Assembly (NCBI GenBank): GCA_902625885.1 | Contig: CACODE010000005.1 | Location: forward strand, 12,570-76,569 | From: an uncultured Candidatus Poseidoniales archaeon | Lineage (GTDB): Archaea > Thermoplasmatota > Poseidoniia > Poseidoniales > Poseidoniaceae | Length of the DNA stretch: 64,000 nucleotides | Direction of reading: 5' to 3' | Shown here: positions 34,801 through 41,151 of the stretch, in pieces | How positions within the stretch are numbered: position 1 is the first letter of the stretch | Layout of the letters: each line of letters opens with the position of its first letter | Position numbers and translations under genes: made by a program | The notes under the pieces: model-generated | The model's input: only the letters and a program-made list of their open reading frames with translations | Told to the model about the DNA's origin: nothing | Database searches by the model: none

Positions 34801-37800
34801 TTTCGGTGGACAGGTCAAGAGTGTTGAACATCAGGTGATGACTTGTAGGGTCGCTGGTGAAGAGCATCAAATGGCTGCCGGTGTGAACGATGTCCCACGC
34901 ACCCTCCAGCGCGGCGGCTGGCCGTTCTGCAAGCGATGTCCAGACCCCTGACTCGTTGAGGCCGAGAATGGAAGACACTGCGTTGCCGCGCAGAGCGATC
35001 ACCGGGTGGTCGCCGCCGCTGACGTCCATTCTGAACTCGTTGCTTGTCCCACCCGGTTGCATCACGGTGTGTTCATACCATGCGTCGCTTCCCGGCCACT
35101 GTTCGTAAATGGTTAGGGCACCGTCTGACGTTAGCGCCGCCAACAGGATGGAGCCGTTAGCGAGCGTAACAAGCCCCAGCTCGCTGTTGAGGTCGGTGTG
35201 GTTTGCCACTTCGTGCTTCGAGAGTTCATTGCCGTCGTGAATCCACACAGCGAGGTTGGTCCCGGTACCGTTTGAAGCAACCAAACCAACGGCTATCGAT
35301 TGGTTTGCCAGCATCACCGCAGGGTGCTGCAAAGAGCGGGCATCCCCCTCATCACCGAGGGCTTCCAAGACCCAACTTGCTCCGCCAATCGCCATTTCCA
35401 GTTGGTCAGTGGCGTTGTGCCTGTACAACAAAACCGGGTTGTTGCCCTGGTCGATGAGGACCTCGATTGGCGAGGACAACACGGCGCTGGTTCGGACCAG
35501 TTCACTCGACCATCCGGTTGCTGATTGCGTCGCTGCGTAAATCTGATTTCCGATGCCCGAAGTGTAGGCAAGCACCTGTTTGTTGTCTTCTGTTGTCGCT
35601 GAACCAAGCCACTGGCCCATGGTGCCTGTGGTCACGACGTCCTGCTCAACCGCCGTCATTGAGGACGTGGTGTGAACGTAAAGGGAACCCGTGTTCTCAA
35701 CCCAAAGGAAGGGTTGTCCGGACGAGCGGACACCGAAGGCCATGCCCATGTGAGTAGTGTTCATTGTCTCCACGGTTTGGTGGACCCATTGACCGCTTGG
35801 AGTACCGTCGTTCATGTGTTCAAGTTTTGAGGCATGAAGACGGAGGCCGTCGGCGTGGGTAAACGCAATGCTGGTTTCACCTCGTCCGGCTGTCCCGAGT
35901 TGAACATCGTGCAACTCGCCTTGGTAGGTGAAGGAAATTGACTCCCAGTCGCGCTCGCTCAGAACGGGGTAAAACAGCGAGTACCCTTCACCTTCGTCGA
36001 GATGGCGTATGGAGTAGATGAGTTCGCTGAGTCCATCGCCGTTGATGTCTCCCTGTCCGACCATGCGATAACCCAGGCGTTCGCTGCTGTTACCCTCAGC
36101 GAGGAGTTGACTGTCGGAAGTGATGCCCGTCGCCGAACCTAGGAAAATCTCGATGCGCCCGGCGGAGGAGCCCATGCGGCTCGAAACATACACGTCGCCG
36201 TAGCCGTCCTCGTTGATGTCGCCGGCGCCGATGACCGATTCACCAATTCGCGAGTTGGGCGTCGACGGTGCGTATTGCCAGTCGGGTTCACCAGGTAGCG
36301 ATTCGTTGGTGCCCTCGAAGAGCCACAGCGTGCCGGTTCCAAACCCACCGGTGCCGTTTAGCGGTTCCGTGATGATGTGTTCTTCAAACCCATCACCGTT
36401 CAAATCGCCGACGCACGCCACCACCAATCCAAACAGCCGGCCCTGCGTGAGCGAAGCCAAGGTGTGGTCAGGGGTCCCGTCGTATCCTGTTGAGGAACCA
36501 TAGAAATATTCCACTGAAGAGTAAGACAGCGAATCTTCGTAGGTCCCGGTGTTGCCGACGATCAGTTCGTCGTAACCGTCCATGTTGATGTCGCAGCTGG
36601 CCAGCGATCGGCCGAACAGGTCGCCGCTTTTTGTTTGGGTCAAATTTCGGGTAGCGTGTAGGCCGTTGGCATCGCCAGAAAAGAGGTTCACCTTGCCGTT
36701 TTCGCTTTGGGTTGCGCTGACGGTTGCGCTGTGGTTTCGTGCCGTCACCGCAAGACCATCACCCCCGTTTGCTCGCACGAGGGAACTAACAGCGCTGCCC
36801 AACGATTCGTTGTCGCTTCCCGTGGCGTTCGCCCAAGGGGTTGTGCTCATCCCAGAGGCGTTGCCAAGGTAAACGTGAACAAGACCGTGGCGAGCCTCGG
36901 GAGCATTGGTCGTCGCCCAACCGGGTGAGCCAACCGCAAGGTCGCTGATGCCGTCACCGTTGAAATCACCAACGTCCATGCCTGCACCGAAATGAGCGCC
37001 GTTGACTTCGCCAGCCATGATGTGGTTTGGGTTCATTGCGAGACCGCTCTCTGAACCGTAGTAAACATCGACACGACCGTTGTCGGTCAACGAGAGCACG
37101 TCGGCATGAGGTGTGGATACCACGAGATCGTCATGCCCGTCGTGGTTAAGGTCGGCCAGAAGGAGGTGACCCTCGCCTTCGTCTTCCTCTCCAGTGACGG
37201 CTTGCGAGGGGTTCGGGTCAACTCGCCCGGTGTCTTGGCCGGCGAGCGAACGAATGAGGTTTAGCGAGAAACTGGAGGCCTGCTCGGAGACCGACACGAC
37301 CTGTTCAATGTTGTTCGCATCCAAATCCATGCCCAAAGCGTCGGCCAAATCATCGTCCTGGAGAAGGACTCGCCGGTCGTGTTCCATCTCGTCAACCCGA
37401 AGCAAAATCACGTCCCCAGTGGTCGTCCTGGAGTAAAGGACGTGGGCCACGCCTTCGTCATCGATTTCAAGGTTGAAATCCTCGCCAACGGGACCGGCGT
37501 CCAACAGGTAACTGGTCCAGTAGGCGCCGCTAAAATTCACCTGATGCAGCGCACCTGAAGCCGTTCGCATCAGGCCCCATTCCAATCCACCGGGCGTGAT
37601 GTCCAAGGCCAAATGCGTCGGATGCACGTTCTCCATGATGGTTCGTGTGTGCCAGCGAGGGCCGTCGTAGTACGTCTGGCTTTGAATCGCATACCGACCC
37701 ATCTTGAGGTCCCCATCGTCGGCGTAGAGGACGCGCTGAAGTTCGTTTTTGGTGACCCCAAGGGCGCAGTCCACCAAGTCGGACCGGTTTGAAGAGGCCA

Positions 37801-38218
37801 CGGTATCGACCAGCGAAACGGTCCACACCTGACCGGGGCGGTAAATCGCCGTGCGTACGGAACCCTCCTCGGTGCTCCAGCAGAGATGGGTTTTGTCGTG
37901 GCGTGTCATTTTCATGTCCGGTGTACCGTGATGTTCTCCAAACGATAGGTTGAGCATCTCGCTCGTCCACATGTCGAGCATGGACTCTTCGCGAACCGTC
38001 ACTTGAACCAAACCGTCCACGTCGATCGTGCCTCCGGCGAGATCGTGCCCGTAGCCGCTGGTCTGTGCAAACGGGCCGCTGAGAGCGACCGCTGGGGGTT
38101 CATCTTCGGATAACGCTTCGTCTGGAACGGCAAGAAAAGGCGACCAGAGCGAGAGAACAAAAAGGAGCACCAGCAGAACACTTTTCATACCGTCTTTGAA
38201 AAAACCGTGGCCTGCCAT
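31898..38218 (-). CDS. giant (2106 aa) type-I surface protein: signal peptide, FG-GAP/integrin-alpha-like propeller, further beta-rich region, TSP3-like Ca-binding repeats, TM, 181-aa cytoplasmic tail
   Basis: Signal peptide. FG-GAP loops (DLNHDGHDDLVV, DFNGDGISDLAV, DINMDGYDELIV, DLNGDGFEEHII, DINEDGYGDVYV, DINGDGLSELIY) each followed by G-x-V/I-x-V/I-Y/F-x-G. About 17 DxDxDGxxD motifs. TM LMLALSGVGALLIVGIVVA. Poly-acidic then poly-basic tail. Confidence 0.8.
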   Translation of the reverse strand: MAGHGFFKDGMKSVLLVLLFVLSLWSPFLAVPDEALSEDEPPAVALSGPFAQTSGYGHDLAGGTIDVDGLVQVTVREESMLDMWTSEMLNLSFGEHHGTPDMKMTRHDKTHLCWSTEEGSVRTAIYRPGQVWTVSLVDTVASSNRSDLVDCALGVTKNELQRVLYADDGDLKMGRYAIQSQTYYDGPRWHTRTIMENVHPTHLALDITPGGLEWGLMRTASGALHQVNFSGAYWTSYLLDAGPVGEDFNLEIDDEGVAHVLYSRTTTGDVILLRVDEMEHDRRVLLQDDDLADALGMDLDANNIEQVVSVSEQASSFSLNLIRSLAGQDTGRVDPNPSQAVTGEEDEGEGHLLLADLNHDGHDDLVVSTPHADVLSLTDNGRVDVYYGSESGLAMNPNHIMAGEVNGAHFGAGMDVGDFNGDGISDLAVGSPGWATTNAPEARHGLVHVYLGNASGMSTTPWANATGSDNESLGSAVSSLVRANGGDGLAVTARNHSATVSATQSENGKVNLFSGDANGLHATRNLTQTKSGDLFGRSLASCDINMDGYDELIVGNTGTYEDSLSYSSVEYFYGSSTGYDGTPDHTLASLTQGRLFGLVVACVGDLNGDGFEEHIITEPLNGTGGFGTGTLWLFEGTNESLPGEPDWQYAPSTPNSRIGESVIGAGDINEDGYGDVYVSSRMGSSAGRIEIFLGSATGITSDSQLLAEGNSSERLGYRMVGQGDINGDGLSELIYSIRHLDEGEGYSLFYPVLSERDWESISFTYQGELHDVQLGTAGRGETSIAFTHADGLRLHASKLEHMNDGTPSGQWVHQTVETMNTTHMGMAFGVRSSGQPFLWVENTGSLYVHTTSSMTAVEQDVVTTGTMGQWLGSATTEDNKQVLAYTSGIGNQIYAATQSATGWSSELVRTSAVLSSPIEVLIDQGNNPVLLYRHNATDQLEMAIGGASWVLEALGDEGDARSLQHPAVMLANQSIAVGLVASNGTGTNLAVWIHDGNELSKHEVANHTDLNSELGLVTLANGSILLAALTSDGALTIYEQWPGSDAWYEHTVMQPGGTSNEFRMDVSGGDHPVIALRGNAVSSILGLNESGVWTSLAERPAAALEGAWDIVHTGSHLMLFTSDPTSHHLMFNTLDLSTENGTTPAWMSVQFGDIIAQEPVHATMDSNGTVHMAYWDQTDDDVVLLRLYPDADRDLVFDIIDGMPAVGDQWMNSDGDAYGDNPLGPLPDACPTDAGLSSFVSQGCDDFDTDGFRDEIDGCDDEGGTSWIDRYGCEDRDQDGWSDNLLGYIGGDEFYSNWKQAIDTDGDGFGDNHGVDCCATALDPNANNGDLFPYLASQYSDYDGDGYGDNDTDTVHGDYCPWDYGVSFRDRNGCLDSDGDGSSDPSDEGTIFEWNATEHGADVWPFDPTQWQDTDGDGYGDNQSENATKPDRFPLREAAANDTDDDGYADNWTALFNGSNAQGIQLDACPTEWGNSTRRNLTVYAYGCPDTDGDGYTDAYVFDINPDTGMRINELGDAFPNEKTQSKDRDGDGFGDNPVGFEGDLCPDVAGVFNGTNGIGCRIIDLNDDDGDGLENEFDTVCPNTPLGEPVNADGCAQSELDDDDDGVKNNLDLCPNTVAGTTVDGQGCSDEQRTADSDGDGLNDPLDACPGTQAGADVDGNGCSQAQRDSDGDGLSDLDDACDDTPPGFPILANGCTDESALDTDLDGDGYSGVYTYDVDPETGLHINQTGDAFPSDATQWFDQDGDGYGDNPSPANNADDCPTESGTSYIDFLGCYDDGDGYRDENEPVNLRGNPTQWRDADFDGFGDNWGNPEWNATRDPSWPGEFVPGATNADYCPKTTPGLQVDEEGCHISQRDSDQDGVMDDADNCPNDPRGVDGYDDGCPYVPLAGDGEEGLFGVDAGVLMLALSGVGALLIVGIVVARILQRDDDDDEEYDEDDFFDDDDEEENILDILDRNKTTGLQRPRASPQPAARTAPPTRQRGPTGPPKKGPGGPPKQAARTVQRQPSKASKKPVEPKKAGKKKISSEPDESGGAKVRRAKINVDMSIFEDWQEDDRNDAVEWVVGAFSDGEQERKVLMQLQETGWTAEQSRAICSLAKNWRD
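32564..34660 (-). repeat. intragenic thrombospondin-type-3-like Ca-binding repeat region (about 700 aa)
   Basis: Recurrent D-x-D-G-D-G-(Y/F/L)-x-D and C-P-x-x-x-G motifs, counted from the translated ORF. Confidence 0.7.
35969..37186 (-). repeat. intragenic FG-GAP (integrin-alpha-like) repeat region, 6-7 blades
   Basis: Six clear D-x-N-x-D-G-x-x-D/E-L/V loops spaced about 55-70 aa apart. Confidence 0.65.
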
Positions 38219-38265
38219 AGCGCTTCCAGAGCCGACAACATAGAAAATCCTTGTTCACGGTTGTC

Positions 38266-38284
38266 TGACCCCCTACGGGGGTCA
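38266..38284 (-). promoter_or_regulatory. GC hairpin TGACCCCC-TAC-GGGGGTCA upstream of the giant gene and 11 nt upstream of the TPK ATG
   Basis: Perfect 8-bp inverted repeat with a 3-nt loop, read directly. Its CCCC-GUA-GGGG core (minus strand) is shared with the hairpin at 43674-43688. Confidence 0.45.
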
Positions 38285-38294
38285 ACTTGGTCCA

Positions 38295-39002
38295 ATGGCT
38301 ACCGACGGTTTGAGAAGGGCTGGCGTGTTCGTGTGCACAGTGGAAGGCCAAAACGTTCTGATTTTTACTGCAGGTGAATGGGTTGAGGAGGCGTCCATCA
38401 AGCCGTTGCTCGCCACCTCAGATTTCGTCGTAGCATGTGACGGTGCCCTGCAATCGTGTGTTGAACACACGATTCAGCCCGATTTGGTGATAGGCGATTT
38501 CGATAGCGTCCCCGACGACGTGTTGAACGCCTATGTTGAAGCTGGAGGCATCACCCAGCATGTGGGCGACCAGAGCCAAAACGATCTCGCTAAGGCCCTG
38601 CGATGGATAGGTGACGCCCGTCCGACATCGTGCACGGTGATCGGTGCCACCGGTGGTGATCCGCAACAAGAGTGGGCCAACATGTTGACATGCGCCTCTC
38701 AGGATTTTGATATCACCTGTTTGAGTAAAAGCGTGACTTACCGGTTTTTGATGCCCGGAGTTAATCATTCTATAGATATTGAAAGAGGTGCGGAATTCTC
38801 GCTTTTTGCCCTGCCTGAGGCACGGAACATCCACCTCAGCGGTGCAATGTTTGAACTCAATGGAGGCGTGTTGAACATGGGTTCAGAAGGCTTGCACAAC
38901 GTGGTGAAAGCCGACCGTTTGAGCATCAATTTTGAGAGCGGTCGGTTGGTGTTGCTCCAGCCTCGGCCCGGTTTGACGGGGGGAGAAACGACCTCAGCAT
39001 AA
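38295..39002 (+). CDS. thiamine pyrophosphokinase
   Basis: ACDGAL...PDLVIGDFDSV and DQSQNDLAKAL motifs typical of TPK, about 235 aa. Confidence 0.7.
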   Translation: MATDGLRRAGVFVCTVEGQNVLIFTAGEWVEEASIKPLLATSDFVVACDGALQSCVEHTIQPDLVIGDFDSVPDDVLNAYVEAGGITQHVGDQSQNDLAKALRWIGDARPTSCTVIGATGGDPQQEWANMLTCASQDFDITCLSKSVTYRFLMPGVNHSIDIERGAEFSLFALPEARNIHLSGAMFELNGGVLNMGSEGLHNVVKADRLSINFESGRLVLLQPRPGLTGGETTSA

Positions 39003-39828
39003 CCGAATAATCCTCAACACCGTCCCAAGCCTGAGCTTTCTCATCAATTCTGGCCTTCCGTAGCGTTTCTTCGAGGCCGCCCCAATCTTCGATGAGTTTG
39101 AGTTTAAGGGCCGCTTTTGGCGTGTAACCCGGGAGAAAATTACGCCACAGGAAAGGAATCCTCCCCGGGGTCAACTCGTTGACAATTTGGACAATGGAGG
39201 TGTTGCACGTGGTCAGAAGGGAATGGTACCACTCGGGATTTTTGGCGAGATCGTTGAGTTTTTTGACCATCCCAAACAGCAATTCCTTGTCCTTTCCAGG
39301 AAGAGCGACCGCCCTGAACATGTAGTCTCTGTTTCTGCGGCCGTGGGTTCTCAGTCCAGTGACATCACGCTCAAAGCCCACCAGCAGGTAGAGCTCGTAC
39401 GCTCGCCAGAGGCCGTCCCAAGGGTGATACCGCTCGCCCTTTTCTCGCCTTGATTCAAAGGAGAAAGAGAGGCAGGTGCCCTCGCCAAACTCAAAGGTCA
39501 GGTAGGTGTGGGCCATGCCCTTGATGGCGTGAAAATGGTCCACAACAAACCAAATCTGAACGAGATCATCGGCGTCGACAACCACCTCATCGGCCCAGCG
39601 TTCGTCTCGGTCCTTGGTGGTCCGCCATTTGAAATCCCTCACGTTGTGAAACGTGATTTTTGTGCCTTCAACGGTGGCTGTGGTCAGGTGTTCGCAATCC
39701 GCTGCCCATTCCAAATCCAAGGACGGTTGAAGCGGTCGAATGCGTGTGTTCCAAACATAAACCAGGCGAACGGCCAGCAAGAAAAGAACCGTCAAGAACA
39801 GGTAAAGGGCTGCTTGAACGAGTTCCAT
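38926..39828 (-). CDS. DUF4105 (Lnb N-terminal-domain-like) membrane-anchored protein
   Basis: N-terminal TM, then family-like blocks FHNVRDFKW, MAHTYLTFEF, SFESRREKGERY, YELYLLVGFERDV and EWYHSLLTTCNT. The start immediately follows the stop of the 440-aa gene. Confidence 0.65.
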   Translation of the reverse strand: MELVQAALYLFLTVLFLLAVRLVYVWNTRIRPLQPSLDLEWAADCEHLTTATVEGTKITFHNVRDFKWRTTKDRDERWADEVVVDADDLVQIWFVVDHFHAIKGMAHTYLTFEFGEGTCLSFSFESRREKGERYHPWDGLWRAYELYLLVGFERDVTGLRTHGRRNRDYMFRAVALPGKDKELLFGMVKKLNDLAKNPEWYHSLLTTCNTSIVQIVNELTPGRIPFLWRNFLPGYTPKAALKLKLIEDWGGLEETLRKARIDEKAQAWDGVEDYSVMLRSFLPPSNRAEAGATPTDRSQN

Positions 39829-41151
39829 CTATTCCCACCTGTGCCAAACGCTCCACTCTTTGTCCCACCAGTCAACTGCACCACCCGGGTGTTGTCGCCA
39901 CAACACACCCTGGTCGTCCACCGTTGTAGGCAGCCCTTCGGCGTCCGGAGAACCATCGGCAAGGACTTGCGGTGTTGGGCCAATCGGTGGCAGTTCAAGC
40001 GCCTCCGGTTCCCGATTTCGCACCAGAAGGAAGAACACCACGAGCGACACGACCAGCGCCAAGGCGCTGATGGACAACCAACCGACGGATTCCGTCGACG
40101 TTTCTGGGCCGAGGGAAATGGAGGGCAGGCCTTGGCGTTCATCCGCCGTGAGTTCTGTCGGTGGCAAACGAATGATGTTCACGCCCTTTGTGGAGGAAAT
40201 CATCTTCTCGGTGATCACTTCAAGCGTGATCAGGTGGGCGCCGGCTGAAAGTTGACTGCAATCAAGCATCGTGGTGTTCGCCGATTCGACAAACTCCCCC
40301 TTGATTCGCCAAATTTTGGTCAAACTGTCCACGGGTTGGTTGTCGCTTGGTACCATCTGCACGCTGCACGGAGAATCGGTTGTGTTCTCATGACCCATCA
40401 TCAAGAGGGAGAACTCTGGAGCAGGTCGGTTTGTTATCGTGAAATTGAGCGTGCTCTCTGCCGTTTGTCCAAGGCCGTTACGGTAGGTTTCTTTGAGCTC
40501 GTAATCGCCGGCCGGCCAGGAAGAACAATCCAACGTGTCCTGCGAGTCGAGAACGCTAAACGGTGCCCCCGTGAACGTGCGAACACCGGTCTCGCCATAC
40601 CTCGGTCCAGTCTCGTCGGCAAAGTCCCGCACAATCTCGCAGGCCTCGCCTGTCTGCAGGGCGTCTCCAGATTCCAACACGAGCGAGACTTGTGGGACCT
40701 GAAGCGCTGGCTTGAGGACAAAGGTCGGCAGTGGATAAGCGGCGATAAATTCGCCGTCCTCATCAAAGAAGTCGAGCCGGAGATCGTGCTCTCCGCTGGA
40801 CCATGCATCGTAGACCAAGGTGATGTTGGTTTGCCCAGAAAAGGCGATTTCTTGGACCTCAAGCACCTCTCGCTCTTTGTGCAAGCCGCGCAGTTTCATG
40901 ATGAGGTCGTTGGAAGCGGCTGTCGAATTCAACACCGCCACAACGCGAACAGCGTCGATATCGCCGTCTTGGTCGGTATCGATGGTGTCGTTTCGTAGCG
41001 CCACGAGGGTCAAGCCTGCCTCAGACAACCGCTCCTCGGTTGAACTCTCTGCGAGGACGGCCAGAGGGTACGTGCACAGCAAACCAACCATCACCAGCAC
41101 CATCAACAACGATGCGCGTCGAGGTTCAGTCATCGGCTTCACCTCCGGCAA
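39829..41151 (-). CDS. type-I membrane protein (440 aa), hypothetical, with a Trp-rich cytoplasmic C-terminus
   Basis: Signal peptide, about 340-aa ectodomain, TM (WLSISALALVVSLVVFFLLV), and tail ending GVLWRQHPGGAVDWWDKEWSVWHRWE. The start overlaps the 838-aa gene end; alternative ATG at 41133. Confidence 0.6.
   Translation of the reverse strand: MPEVKPMTEPRRASLLMVLVMVGLLCTYPLAVLAESSTEERLSEAGLTLVALRNDTIDTDQDGDIDAVRVVAVLNSTAASNDLIMKLRGLHKEREVLEVQEIAFSGQTNITLVYDAWSSGEHDLRLDFFDEDGEFIAAYPLPTFVLKPALQVPQVSLVLESGDALQTGEACEIVRDFADETGPRYGETGVRTFTGAPFSVLDSQDTLDCSSWPAGDYELKETYRNGLGQTAESTLNFTITNRPAPEFSLLMMGHENTTDSPCSVQMVPSDNQPVDSLTKIWRIKGEFVESANTTMLDCSQLSAGAHLITLEVITEKMISSTKGVNIIRLPPTELTADERQGLPSISLGPETSTESVGWLSISALALVVSLVVFFLLVRNREPEALELPPIGPTPQVLADGSPDAEGLPTTVDDQGVLWRQHPGGAVDWWDKEWSVWHRWE

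Noticed and set aside
38219-38294. Possible TPP riboswitch upstream of thiamine pyrophosphokinase
   Set aside because: The spacer is only 76 nt and is shared with a divergent promoter. It lacks the conserved CUGAGA and ACCUGAUCUGGAUAAUGCCAGCG-type elements of TPP riboswitches. It holds only a simple hairpin.
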